Positions 13,471-28,018 of a stretch of DNA of 64,000 bases are shown here, in pieces. The DNA is from Octopus vulgaris. Lineage: Eukaryota. The notes below the pieces were generated by a model. The model was not told the DNA's origin, ran no database searches, and was given only the letters and a program-made list of their open reading frames with translations. The stretch lies in contig OX597821.1 in the NCBI GenBank assembly GCA_951406725.2, positions 58,156,001 to 58,220,000 of the forward strand. The letters run 5' to 3'. Positions within the stretch are counted from its first letter, which is position 1. Every line of letters begins with the position of its first letter. The position numbers and the translations under genes were made by a program.

Positions 13471-13616
13471 TTATATATATATATATATATACATACATAC
13501 ATACATATATATTTATATATATATACATATATATACATATATATAAGGTGAGAGAGAGATGTATGTATGTACACATATTTATATAAAGTTATATCACCGT
13601 GACCGTGACCGTGACG

Positions 13617-13656
<40 letters not shown>

Positions 13657-13711
13657 AACATACATATATACATATATACATATATACATACATACTTACA
13701 TATACCTAAAT

Positions 13712-14050
13712 GAAGGCGCATCATGGATCATTGGTTAGAGCGTCGAGCTTACGATCGTGAGGTTGTGAGTTCGAATCCCGGACCGGGCTGCGTGTTGTGT
13801 TCTTGAGCAAGACACTTTATTTCACGTTGCTCCAGTTCACTCAGCTGTAGAAAATGAGTTGCGATGCCACTCGTGCCAAGCTGTATCGGCCTTTGCCTTT
13901 TCCTTGGATAACATCGGTGACATGGAGAGGGGAGGCTGGTATGCATGGGCGACTGCTGGTCTCCCATAAACAACCTTGCCTGGAACTGTACCTCGGAGGG
14001 TAACTTTCTAGGTGCAATCCCATGGTCAGTCATGACTGAAGGGTGTCTCA
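13712..14050 (+). mobile_element. tRNA-derived SINE family C (tail type 2)
   Basis: Close paralogue of 13129-13470. Confidence 0.85.
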
Positions 14051-14172
14051 GCAACATATACCTATATAAATATATACGAGAGACTTACATATGTATGTAT
14101 GTGTGTGTACGTGTATGTGCGTGCATGTACATTATAGACTGCAGGCATTATGAGGGTGAGTATGCGTGTATT

Positions 14173-14173
<1 letters not shown>

Positions 14174-14203
<30 letters not shown>

Positions 14204-14406
14204 CATACATACATACATACATACATACATACATACATACATACATACATACATACATACATACATACATACATACATACATACATACATACATACATAC
14301 ATACATACATACATACATACATACATACATACATACATACATACATACATACATACATACATACATACATACATACATACATACATACATACATACATAC
14401 ATACAT
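14174..14406. repeat. (ATAG)n-(ATAC)n compound microsatellite
   Basis: Read directly from sequence. Confidence 0.95.
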
Positions 14407-14619
14407 AGACAAACTGATATACAAAGATGATGTACACGAATTACGATCATTGCTAGAAATAGCAGCCGGTAAGCTATCGACGCTATATAGAGTTTCACTG
14501 AATGTTTACAGGAAGAGATGTTTTATACTTCGTGTACATCAGCTTTGTATATTTATAATTCTGCCTTTTATGGTGCCTTATTCTTGCTGAATAGTAATAT
14601 TATTTTTATACTTACACAC

Positions 14620-14668
<49 letters not shown>

Positions 14669-14740
14669 TACATACATACATACATACATACATACATACA
14701 TACATACATACATACATACATGTATATATATATATATAGA

Positions 14741-15134
<394 letters not shown>

Positions 15135-15399
15135 GAGACATTGTACAAAATGTATAAATAGATGATGAGTAAAGCACCGGCACAGTTTCGCTTCCCCGTT
15201 GTTATCCGTAGATTTATTGCAGGAACTTCATAGTGGTGGTTGGGGTAACAGTATTAATAAAATAGATGGAAAGAGTAATAGATTTTATTGTGTGAGTATG
15301 CTTGCAAGTGTGTGTGTGGGGGGTATTCTTCTGAATTCCTGGAATACACATGACTTTTCATTACAATTAGCAACCTCGACACCACGATAATAATGAACA

Positions 15400-16100
15400 T
15401 ATGAAACCCACCCTATATCTTGATTTCTCCTTCGTCAAAAAGGTAAGCGGTCCCTAGTTAGACATTTTCATGGAAAGATACGGAAATATGCTATCCTATG
15501 GACATTTTTAGCTAGACCCTCTCAATAAATTAACAATACCTATATCTCAACAATATATGCATATGACAATTTAATAATTCCCTGTAACGTAAACAGCCAC
15601 ACTGGATTAATTCAGAAGAGACCCGATGTGAATGTTTCAAGAAATTCGATTTAAACACAACCTTTACCATTTGAGAACGTTTTATTACTGTCAAATATCA
15701 CTCTTTTAATATTTCGAACGCGTTAATCATGCACGTACAAGAAAACATAAGTCAACTGTTAGCTATAACAAGAAGGCTATAGACAGTATAATTAGGAAAG
15801 TTTCTAATTATCCAAAGGCAGGGACATTTTTGAATGAGTTTCCCTATAAAAGTAACGCCGTAAAAAGAAGTTTGCAACAGCATGAATCCACCACACATAA
15901 GAGGAAACAAGGAATCCACCACACTAAGTAATGGGAGAATTTGACTTAATCCACCATTAAACCATCAACATAATCAGGAAAATTCTTTCTATAGTTTCTG
16001 AGACTTTGTTCCCAAATACAAGTATATAAAACGAACCTCTCAACACCGATAACGAACCTCTCAACACCGATAACGAACCTCTCAACACCGATAACAATCA
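15400..16100 (+). mobile_element. Possible highly decayed Penelope-like RT/GIY-YIG remnant, with a 21-bp triplication at its end
   Basis: Only scattered peptide hints (IFMERY, DLNTTFT, SNYPK, PLNTDN); aacgaacctctcaacaccgat x3 at ~16030-16095. Confidence 0.25.
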
Positions 16101-16274
16101 AGTATAAATATATTTTTATTTTTTATAAAGCATACTTATTCAGTTTACATAGACTCAAAGAATTAAAGGAAAAAAGTCCTTGGTCCCCGGTGAAGATATC
16201 GGTGTTTAAGTTCAAACCATGTGAGCATAACAAATTGTTTTCTGTATTTGGATTCTCTCGATCTCATCTGTTGA

Positions 16275-16357
<83 letters not shown>

Positions 16358-16682
16358 TATATTTTTTAAGTATATAATTATAAAAATATAATTATAATTC
16401 ATGGCTACTGGAAGTAACCAGCACCTGCGCTAGAAGTAGACATCAAATACCTACAATCCACTCAAAAATTTGATCTCTATATTCAACTACAGGCCGACCT
16501 TTGGTTGAATATAACAAATTTTAGAGTAGATTGTAGGTATTTGACATCTATTTCTAGCGCAGGCGCTGGTTATTTACAGTAGCCCTTAATTATAAATACA
16601 TTTTTATAAATATATACTTTTAAAAAAATTAATTTTACTTATACAGTCATTTTTATACGCTAGGCCACTGATATAATCATTT
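16358..16682. mobile_element. Fold-back element (arms ~125 bp) between (TA)n tracts; paralogue at 52140-52770
   Basis: ccagcacctgcgctagaagtagacatcaaatacctacaatccactc versus gagtagattgtaggtatttgacatctatttctagcgcaggcgctgg. Confidence 0.8.
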
Positions 16683-16819
16683 TATATATATATATAAGAA
16701 TTGGAAGCAAACTGTGATAAGTGATGCGCAACACACTCACACACATATGTATGTATACGCATATGTGTGTATGTATGTATGTATGCATGTATGTATGTAT
16801 GTATGTATGTATGTATAAC

Positions 16820-17220
16820 TGATTCATTATCGATCAGATGTTGCGCATCACTTATCACAATTTGCTTCCAATTCTTTCTTGATTGCGCCATTATTTCCCA
16901 TCTTGGCCCAAATCGTTTCGCTAAATCATTTTCCCATCGTCGCGGAGAACGTCCGAGTATCCTTTTTTCCAATTTCTTGGATACCATATTCAACAACCGA
17001 ACGTGTCCACCTGTGGTCTGATAAGTACATGACATGTCCTGCTCGACTAGCCTCTGCTTCTGGTTTTCTGCGATTACGTCGTTCACCCAACTCCATTCTC
17101 GAATTATCTCTTTTTGGAATATGTTGAGATGTTCTCACAATGATATTCCTAACATGGATCATTCCATAACACTTTGCGAGAATGCGGTAGCGTTAAACTC
17201 GAGACACAAGATAAGAATTT
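16820..17220 (-). mobile_element. RTE-clade LINE 3' fragment
   Basis: RAGHVMYLSDHRWTRSVVE and KRILGRSPRRWEND...WEIMAQSRKNWK, typical of the RTE C-terminus. Confidence 0.75.
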
Positions 17221-17522
17221 AGTTTCAGTGAGCTATAGACTCTATATCCTTGAGCACTCTTATTCGTTTGACACAATTACATTCGTATTCTTATATATAC
17301 ACACACACACACACACTCATATACGTGTGCGCATGTATGTATATAAGTATGTCTGTATGTGTGTGCGTCCGTTAGAAAAGACGTAGATATTTATGTAAAA
17401 GATACTTATTACTGGACTGGTATCTTCGAATCAAAACAAAATAGTTTGAGACACGTCATCGAAACAGGATAACAGAATAAAACGCATACATGCATACACA
17501 CACACACACACACACACATGCA

Positions 17523-17589
<67 letters not shown>

Positions 17590-17981
17590 ACGCTTTACAC
17601 AAATGTAATTGAGAGTCTGCAGGACAAAAAAAATCTCACTTCTACGCTGTTATTTCTTTTGTTTTCTTTTTATGCTTGGGTGTTTTCCTTTTCTTTCTTT
17701 CTTATTTGGAGGGGGTGGGTGTGAGTGGGTGGCGGTGGTGGTCTATATGGAATCTATTTGTTTTCTCTCTGTTGCATGTAGCACAGTCAATAAAGCTATA
17801 AGGAAGTAGATGAATAAGACGATGATAGAAAAAAAAATAAAGAGAAAAATAGGGCTTCGTTCTATTGAATAGAGAATAGAGCCAACCCATCAGAGATAAT
17901 GAGGGACTGGAGATCTGTATTTTTCTCTGTGTGTGTGTGTGTGTCTGTGTGTTAGGGAGATACAAAAAAGAAAGATGGAGT

Positions 17982-18036
<55 letters not shown>

Positions 18037-18580
18037 GAAAAGGTGCATACTAGGGATATAGTAAATGCATACAATATACATCCTATGCACATATTTATTA
18101 TCCCACATACATGTAAATAGGAGTGTGTGCGTCTGACCTTGTTGATTTGCTTTCGCGAGCATACATAAGTGTATCTGGGTTAAACAGATTAACATATGTT
18201 TATATGTGTGTGTGTATGTGTATGCATATGCGCGAGTATACTAGTGTATGCGTATGTACATATGTATGCATATCATTATTCAGCTTTAGTTCAACAGTTC
18301 TTTCCAATAGAGAAAGAACCGGTTTCTAACCAAGATCCAAGTCTCCTTCATTGGAATTTCAACAACACCAACAGAGTATTTTTGCATGTACTTGTGCATA
18401 TGTGCAGTATTTATAGTCATTGGATGTGCAGATTTGTAGAGTTTGCTTTATATATTCTCATGCACATAGTTGTATGTCCAAACATGCACGTATATACTTA
18501 AATTATAAACTTCTGGAAAGTTTTACAGATTTTTACAGTTCCAGTGATTGCTTGAATCTGTTATGAATGTATGTAATAAA

Positions 18581-18613
<33 letters not shown>

Positions 18614-18624
18614 ACATACATATA

Positions 18625-19306
18625 TGGGTACAGGACGTTACCAACGGTGCAAGTAACATGAAATACGTAAACAACGAAAAAAAATGGAAAACAGGACAAG
18701 TAAAGAGAGAGAAACGACCCTTCGTCAGTTGTCGGCTGTCTATCTACTCCTCATTTTGAGTATTCAACGACAATATGAGTCTTCAAAGACAGTTGCTCCC
18801 ATAAATTCTAAAATAAAATTTAGGATTTATGGAGGGTCAAAGTTATGAACAAAAACATGACAGTGGAGACAAACAAGGAACCGAACGAAAACAAACATGG
18901 AAGGTCATTAGACCAGAACGAGAGCAAGAACGGGCGTGATTTTTCTCTCTATATTTGTTCTATCTTTTCTCTTTTCAAAAAAGATGTTACTCCCAGCGTT
19001 CACTATTTTTCCTCTCGCTCTGCTCTAACGACCTTCCATGTTTGTTTTCGTTCGGTTTCCTTTTATTTCTTCACTGTTAAGTTCTTTCTCTCAACTTTGA
19101 TCCTCCATAAATCCTAAATTTTATTTTAGAATTTATGGAAGTAACTGTCTTTGAAGACTCATGTTATTGAATGCTCAAAATGAGGAGTAGATAGACAGCT
19201 AACAATTGGTGAAGGGTCCTTTCTCTGTGTTTACTTATCCTGCTTTCCATTTTTTCTCATTGTTTACGTATTTAACTCGTTTATTTACGTATTTCATGTG
19301 ATTTGC
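18625..19306. mobile_element. ~660-bp fold-back element (arms ~280 bp) abutting (TA)n
   Basis: gagtcttcaaagacagttgctcccataaattctaaaataaaatttaggatttatggagg versus cctccataaatcctaaattttattttagaatttatggaagtaactgtctttgaagactc. Confidence 0.85.
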
Positions 19307-20509
19307 TATATTCAAAACGAATCTTCAAAATTTATTCTTTTTAACACTGGCGTTCTGTTTAATATTGACTGGGAGACTGAGAGACAATGAGTCGCATGTC
19401 AAGTTTACAAATCAGCTTGTACTTTCTGGGTGTTTTGAGGTTTTGGGTTGTCGCGAAAGAAATGTAGGAGTGGGCATAACTTTTGTTTATTAACTGACAA
19501 AGGTCGCTCAAATTACATATGTTGCAAGACTAACTTCTTCTCCATTGTAACTCTTCCTGCTTCTTTTGCATACTTTTGCACTATTTTCGGGACAGCCTTC
19601 ATACTTTATTCTTGACTTATCCCCACTCGAAGATATCGGGTTTGGGTAAATCGGAAACCTTCGAGAACATTTATTTATAACATATTTCTTGGCTTCTTAT
19701 CTAGCGGTCACTTAAATGGTCTTGCATAGTCAGCAAAATGGAGTTGAGCTTCACATTGATGTAAGATGCTTGAAACGAGGTTAAGTAAAGCAAGAATATG
19801 TCAAAAGTCATTTGTTAACATCTCAAATTAACGAATAGTATTGCATGTGCCGTCGAAATAGGAGATGTGAATTGCAGCATAAATATGCAACTCATGATTG
19901 GAAACAGTCATTCATATCTTATCCACGTTGTATAATTAATCCATAATTAAATGCTGGAAATTTATACCCAGAATGCTCATTATTCCAGCATTATTTCGTC
20001 TCAAATGAACATGTGTGAATAAACATGTTGTAATTAGAGGAGTTTGACAAAGAACTAGAAAATTAGTTGACCAGCTTAATCCTGAGCAGTGTGTAATATA
20101 AAGATATTTATTCGAGTTTATTTATAATATCGAGTCCACTCATCAAATTATTTATAATATCGACTCTATCTCATCAAATTGGAGACATTCAGGCGAACAA
20201 CATAACCAATTCTTTTAAATATTTTATCATATCCCATGCAATATCAAGTCTCCAAGTAGCTTTCCAGAAATAGCTGTCATTAGATATTAAAATAATAATT
20301 GCAGATACCTGAGTACCAAAACCATATATAATACAATAAAGAAAGCTGCTTATTAATTAGTTATGAACATGTAACTGTTTCTAAAAGAATGCAATTATTA
20401 AAGACTACACTGCGTAGAAACATCTTTAAAATTCTAATTTATCAAAATGTGGTTTTGAAATTTATTTTATTATCAAATATTTCAACTACAGAAAACAAAT
20501 TTTAAGGGT

Positions 20510-21075
20510 CAGTTCTGATTGTCGTGAAGTCCTTTTATGAATGCTCAAAATGTTTGCACCAGGTCAAGCATTCGCTCTTCAAAAGAGAAGAAAGTTAGTA
20601 AAAAAGCTAAACTCGCTATTTCCAATTCGGTTTCGTGCCTATCTTCACCTTAAGTCATGAATGTTTGGTAATTACCAAAGAAGTACAATCGTAAATACAA
20701 ATGGTCGCAGTGGGGTTTCCTCCGAAGAATCTCTGGAGTAACGTTACTCGAGAGGGTGTGTAACTTGGAGATCAGGGAATCTCTCCAGGTCGAGCCGCTA
20801 TTTTTCCGCATTGAGAGATCACAGTTCTAGTACTACGGAATTGTGACTGGAATGTTGCAGGAAAGAATCGCAAGATAGATTCTTCAAGCCTAAGGTTTAG
20901 ACCAAGAATGAGATGGCTTGATAATATGCAGAGTCTCTGTTGGTCGTACTCGAAAATCTAACCGGAATGAGTAATGCTTCTGACAGAACCCTACGGAGGA
21001 GGTGCTTGAAGACCCAACCCCCTCCCCTACGACCTTCCCAGGCATAGTGGGTGAAGAGTATGGATGGATGGATAG
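20510..21075 (+). mobile_element. RTE-clade (Expander/Rex3-like) LINE 3' fragment
   Basis: Broken frames give KAKL..., HECLVITK, FLRRISGVTLLERV, EIRESLQVEPLFFRIERSQ; ends in a (GATG)n tail. Confidence 0.75.
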
Positions 21076-21152
21076 ACTGAGCTCCCTGCGAGGTAGCGTG
21101 TTTTAAAAATGCGAGGTAGTTAGCGTTTCCTTTGTTTTTCTCTCTCTCTCTC

Positions 21153-21195
<43 letters not shown>

Positions 21196-22801
21196 CTTCA
21201 TGACGCTACTTTGTACAAGGATATCAAATCATACTTCCAATGTCAGTCAAATTATGTTAGTTTTAGTATCTTTTTATATTATTTGTTGGGTGTTGTTGAA
21301 GAAATAGAAAGCCGAAGAAGAAGAAAAGTGGCTTTAATTTACGTCAATTGTGCCAAATGTAAACTTGTTATGAAAATGAACTTTTTTCAGGGGTTATTAA
21401 GTCGTCTCCAATTCTAGCTGTTCAGCCTAGAGAATGAAAGCCTGTCAGAGAAGAAAATGCACCAAAAATTATGTACGGCATGGTCTTAAGATTATTTTTA
21501 TAACATGATAACATGTGAGACTATTTCGCTGTCATGAATATCGACAGGTTGTATAATGAGGCTGTGAGATAATACAATAATTAGTCAGCTACTGCCATTG
21601 TCATCTCGTGGAATGGGTTTAATACAACGTATTACTTTTTTCTCCAACTTTCAATTACGTGCTTGCATTTACACACAGATGTGTTTATGTAAAAAGATAT
21701 TGAAAAGTGAGTAATTACGCATTTCTAAATTACCGTTAATTATACGTCTTCGTTAAAGTTTTCAGCTATACAAAATGGGTCGCTTTGATTTTGTTTGTTT
21801 CTAGACTATGGGTATTTATTTAATTAATTTCCCGTATTGTTACAACTATAACTCGATGTTATTTTTGATCTCGAAAAAAAAAGACCATCACATAAACAAA
21901 TAAAAGAATTGTATTAATTGTTGAGGCTGTGTGTGCGCATGCGCATCTATCTGTATAAATGTATGCTTGTATATGTTTTGTTCTCTCAGCATTTTCTTTA
22001 TGATCTGCTGTTAGACAATAATACTACTTGACTTTTGTTTGTTATTCAATCCAAAGAAAGCAATCTTCTGCAATTTTGCTATTGTGTTGCTTCATTTCCC
22101 TTTCATTGAAAACTGTTTTGCTTTGTGCTTTTAGTTTTCTCCCTGAATTTTATCAAGTATTATTCAAAATATATTCATTGATTGGGATTGCTCAGGTTAG
22201 AAGTAATGACGTATTACAGATTCTTCTTCCATTTTGTAGCAAGGCGGCCATGTTTGTTTATTAATTTTGTCCTTTCTATCTGTCGACAAATGATTGTTTT
22301 CTTTCGTAACGACATAACAACTTCATAGACATTACGCTCCATGTACTCTTAACGTGTTACATGAACAAAATCTTTATCACATTATACTTAAATATAATTC
22401 CTTTTTGTTTTAACTGCTGCAGAAGTCTAGATTTCCTAGAATACTGTTTTGTTGATACATCCTTCAATATAATGTAAAACGTAAGGTACCCAGATTACTT
22501 CATTAAACAGAAGTGTTTCTGTTCTGATAAATCGAACCGTTAAACCTCTTAGCTGGTGAAAACGGTATTTAGTTGTTTTCACCTATATTTTAGTTCAAAT
22601 GCTGTTATGATTGGAACTTTGCTTTCCATTCAGCCAACGATGACCAAATACCAAATACATTATTTCCTTACGTATATGAAACACTCTTGTATAAAATGCA
22701 CCACTATTTTACGAGTAAATTTTGTGAAGGCTATTTTAAAGTGGTTTTGTAGAGGAAAAGTATGATTCTGTACAAACAAATACAATACTGTGGCGATATA
22801 C

Positions 22802-22856
<55 letters not shown>

Positions 22857-22891
22857 ATAAAACGATATAATAAACTATATTATATGAGTAT

Positions 22892-22965
<74 letters not shown>

Positions 22966-23393
22966 ATAAAATGACGATATAATAAACTATATTATATGAG
23001 TACATATTATATGAGTACCTTCTTTCAGATCAACTGTATACTCTATATTTTGCTCAAGAGAATTGCCATGAAGGATGTAAAACTCGTATTTTTCACTACA
23101 TATACTCTCCGCGATTTACAGAACGTTTTTAAACAACGAGTATCTTGATAGCACCCATTAAGTAGAAACGAAATTTAAATCATGAAATAAATTTTATAAT
23201 CCGCTTTGTACGATCTATAGAACACTCAAATGTAAGCGGGCTTTTTACTGTTAACTAAAAATATCCGGGATAAATATATAATATATATATATAAGCATAT
23301 ATATGTGTATATGTATACGTATTTGAATATATGTACGTATATACATAGATATACACGTATACATAATATATTATAAAATATATACGTGTGTGT

Positions 23394-23470
<77 letters not shown>

Positions 23471-23471
<1 letters not shown>

Positions 23472-24325
23472 AGGATGCGGTGAATAAACTGTCGTTTACA
23501 TTTCGTAAAAATGAAAATAACACTGACATCTCATTTTAACAGATATATTTACCAAAATTACATAAAAATATCTTGTAATACTAAAAGAGTAAATTCATTC
23601 AATAAAATCGACATTGGCTTCAACCACAGCCTCCAGACGACTTTAGAATCCCCTGCAACTCTTCTGGACGGTTTCTTTGTTTAAGTTGGTGATTGCCGCC
23701 ATACTCCTTGCCTTCAATTCATCTTTGGTGTTACAAGTAGTTTAATCGGTCTCTCGCTCAACTGCGCCACACATAATAATGAAGGGGGTTGCAGTCTGGG
23801 GAGTTACGTGACCAGATGTTAGGGGTGATGTGGTCACAGAAATTGTCTGACAGCCATGACTGGGTCCTCCTGTTTGTGTAGCATGGTGCAGAGTCTTATT
23901 GCCACCTTCTTGACCCAGAGCAGTATTACCTCCCCCAAGCAATTTATGTAGGCCTTCGTGTTGAGTCTGAGGCCGTGTGGCAAGATGAATGGAGGCATAA
24001 CGTTGCCATCGCTCCAAACACCATGATGTTGACTGAATGTTTGAATTTTATCACTCTCTGTACATATCCTCAGATTACACTGTCCTCAGATTGACACCCA
24101 AGTAATCTGAAATATTCGTACTGGAATTTCCGGCACAAATACCAAGCAGTACAGCTTATCGTTTTCAAATTTCTGGCAGAGTGAATTGCGTTATGGTGCT
24201 GTTTTTCTCACAGACGGTATCCAACTGACCCTACTATACTGTGTAGTCGACAACATCGAAAATAAGCAATGCGCGTGCGCGAAAATAAAAATATAAAATC
24301 GCGACAATTTACCCATCGCACCCTG
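23471..24325 (-). mobile_element. Internally deleted Tc1/mariner-superfamily (maT/DD37D-like) transposon
   Basis: TIRs caggatgcggtgaataaactgtcg / cgacaatttacccatcgcaccctg with TA duplication; minus-strand remnant SPDCNP...RLEAVVEAN. Confidence 0.85.
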
Positions 24326-24332
24326 TATGTGG

Positions 24333-24374
<42 letters not shown>

Positions 24375-24376
<2 letters not shown>

Positions 24377-24662
24377 TTGTATCTTTCATTTGTTTCAGTC
24401 ATTTGACTGCGGCTATGCTGGAGCATTGCATTTTAGTCGAACAAATCGACCTCGGGACTTATTCTTTGTAAGCTTAGTTATTTATTCTATCGGTCTCTTT
24501 TTGCAGAACCGCTAAGTTATGGGAACGTAAACACACCAGCATCGGTTGTCAAGAGATAGTGGGGATCAAACATAAACACACATACATATACACACATACA
24601 CAGACACACATACATACATACATACATACATACATACATACATACATACATACATACATACA

Positions 24663-24698
<36 letters not shown>

Positions 24699-24833
24699 GC
24701 TTCATTCAGTTTCCATCTACCAAATCCACTCACAAGGCTTTGGTCGGCCCGAGGCTAAAGTAGAAGGCATTTGCCCAAGGTGCCACGCAGTGGGATTGAG
24801 CCCGAAACCATGTGGCTGGTAAGCAAGCTACTT
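24375..24833 (-). mobile_element. SINE family B, body of a copy split by a 4.7-kb insertion (head at 29545-29585)
   Basis: SINE sequence stops at ggtaagcaagctactt (24818-24833) and resumes with ggtaagcaagctactt-accacacaac (29545 onward). Confidence 0.9.
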
Positions 24834-25019
24834 TTATTCATAAAATTGGCCATGAAAGCCGTACGCAGATGAGTAGCTGCGGGCTGGACAAAAACATTAA
24901 TGAGATGAGGATGATAATGATGAACAGAAATAGGAGGGGCACCGCCGCCCGCCGACCGATAACCCCTCGAAATCACTATTCTTTTATTCAATTTTACATA
25001 AAAAATTACAAAATTTTTC

Positions 25020-26239
25020 TTAATCTTCCACTTTCTCATCCGAGCCCCTGCATAAGTTCCCTGCCGCCTGCAGGAAAGCCTGTATCGGCAGGTCGGAGTC
25101 CGGAAGAAAAGCAAATTCTTCTTTTCCAAAGGTCACCAAGACCTCAAAAAGTTCTTTTTGTCGTAACGTTGTCGGTCGAGAACCCTGTTCAAGAATCCCT
25201 CGACAGCATCTCCCTTGTGATAGAAAATGACGGGTTCCACCTCTTCCTCATGGGGAAGGGCCTCAGCCTGCTCTGTCAGTGGCACAATTTCCACTGACGG
25301 AGTCTTTTCTGCCGGTGGCACACATCCTACCGGCAGATCATTGGGATCTGTCGGCGGCACATCAACCTCCACCGACCGTCTCCCATTTTTTTTCTTCTTT
25401 TTCTTCTTTTATTTCTCTTCTTTGGGCTTGCGGTAGTCAGGGCCTCTATCGGCTTATCCGTGAGGTCTGCCTCCTCTCCCGCAACCTGTATGTCTTTGGG
25501 GGAGCAACCATTGTTGCTCGCCTTTCTTTTCCTTTTCGGGGAGGCAACCGCCTCCACTACTTCCTCCGTCTCCCCCTCCAATGGGGTGGGGGCGGAGGAC
25601 ACCTTTTCTTTTTTCCTCGGCTCCAGGGCCTTACCTCGGCCCTGGGGGCAGTTCTTTTTGATGTGGCCTGGTTCCAGGCACAGGTGACACTTGGTGGGGC
25701 GACCCTCAAGTATCACCGGATACCTGGCCCCGGCCATTACCAAAATATCAGGGAATACTAGGCCTCCGGCCGACTGAGTCCAAAGGGTTAAAACTGCTTT
25801 TGACCCTGTCTAATCGGTCGCGGCCTCCACCCTGACATTGAGGAACTTGGTTCCGCTACCACCCAGACCTCTCCAAATGGTCTGTTCTATCCATTTAGAC
25901 CGAATTCCGGGCGGCAGCCCACATACCCAAGCCCTCATTATTTTCCTCTCACAATATCTCATCCTCTTCTAGGGGTTGACTTACCGCAGTGCAAGCTATC
26001 TCAGGGGTGTCAAATAGCAACCACACCGTTGCATACCTGACACTCCTGGATACAAAGTAATTTTTTGCTGGCAAACATTTTGCCAGCTCTTTATCAATGA
26101 TACTCTTGTCGAAGGGGGCGATGGCGCCACGCGACCTAGAATAGATCCGTAGTACCACCGTCCTCCTCTCAAGGTTTTGAAGCCACTGCTTGGATGGGAC
26201 AATCTCCCACTCCAAAGCGGTAGCCTTATTTTCCTTCAT
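25020..26239 (-). pseudogene. Gag-like ORF1 with CCHC zinc knuckle (stops and frameshifts)
   Basis: MKENKATALEW...; AWVCGLPPG; YPVILEGRPTKCHLCLEPGHIKKNCP (CX2CX4HX4C), followed by a K/R/E-rich tail. Confidence 0.8.
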
Positions 26240-27026
26240 ATTAAAATGTCCACATAAAATAAACAACAAAAATTCTAAACACAGGAAAAATAGAGAAGAC
26301 TGTTCAATAAAGGCGGAAGAAATGAAAATAATAGTTCATATCAAAAATCTCTTATTATAAAAGGCAGATTTTATCTGCCTCCCAAACCGTTTGTTTTTTA
26401 TACAAATCTACAATATAGAATTTCTTCAATTAGAATTTACCTAACATTTTTATAAGTAGAATACATCGGGTCGTGGCATGTAAAGTTTTTTCAATTTCAC
26501 CCCCAATTAAGCAAAAATTCAAGAAAACTAACTATTTAACGATTTTTCTCTTTCAGTTCAAGTGATTCACTCATACCATTACCACTACACTTTTTCCTCC
26601 TTTCTCTTTGCAAGTGTGCAACGATTAAAGTGAAAGTATTTATATAAAAGGGATGAACTGCTTCACTCATGCTATCACCATAATTTCTCCTACTTTCTCT
26701 TTGCAAGTGTACCTTAAACCACTACTCAAAAAAACAACACAGCAAACAGAAACAAATAAATACATAACGATTTACTACTCACACAATTTCTTCAATTAGA
26801 GTTTACCTATGATTTTTCAAAGTACTTCCATTCGGTCATGGCATACAAAATTTCTTTCAATTTCACCCCCAATTAAGAAAAAATTCGAGAAAACTAAATA
26901 TTTTACCATTTCACTCTTTCACTTCAAAGCCTTTACTCTGCCTATTACTCCCACTTCCTCTTTACACACATAGACACGCAAATATACAAATAAAATTGTA
27001 AGCTAACGTGTGTGTGTGTGTGTGTG

Positions 27027-27156
<130 letters not shown>

Positions 27157-27414
27157 ACAGGGATGAGCCAGCCAGACTGGTCATCCTTTTTGCTAGAAGA
27201 AGATCACCTATGGTCTTATATGCTACACCACTGGTTTTCAGTTCATATTAATCAAATTAATATTCACAACAAGAAGGACTATTCATTATAATACATCAGT
27301 TACACACATTTACCCTGGTTCCATTTCGATCAACTGCACAAACATTTGCCATTTGACACATGTATGTAAACAAATTCCTTTCTTAAAAATTTCAATTCAT
27401 TTTCTTTTTCAATT

Positions 27415-27770
27415 CATACAAAGTTTTTTAGGACGAAAATAAGATCTAAAGTATATCCTAAGTAGCAGAAAGATCGCCCAAAAGTGTATATAGATATTTC
27501 AATGTATGTATATATTCATCTATACACAGATGTATGTATAACGTGTGTGTATATATTTCCATAGACGTAACCATTCACTCCCACAAGTTTTTTAGGACGA
27601 AAATAAGATCTAAAGTTATCTCTAGAGTAGCAGAAAGATCGCCCAAAAGTGTATATAGATATTTAAATGTATTTATATATTCATCTATACACACATGTAT
27701 GTATAATGTGTGTGTATATATTTCCATAGAGGTAACCATTCAATCCATACAAAGTTTTTTAGGACGAAAA
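27415..27770 (+). repeat. ~165-bp tandem repeat inside Helitron (2 units plus start of a third)
   Basis: aagttttttaggacgaaaataagatctaaag...agtagcagaaagatcgcccaaaagtg repeated. Confidence 0.85.
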
Positions 27771-28018
27771 CCTTTACATATAAAAGAAAGGTTGTGTGTC
27801 TGTCTACTCCGATTTAGATTCCTAACTACTCCCACATTTTGCGATGCAGTTTATCCAAAACCGGGTATCTTATAGTCGTGATTCATATCGAGCCCTTCTG
27901 GGTGTTAGCGCGCGTCTACGATGAGTCTACGATTTTACAAATAATTTACCATCATTTTTTTCCATTTTAATGCATATTTTTTTAATAAAGGGAAATAACT
28001 CTCAAACTTCACACCAAT

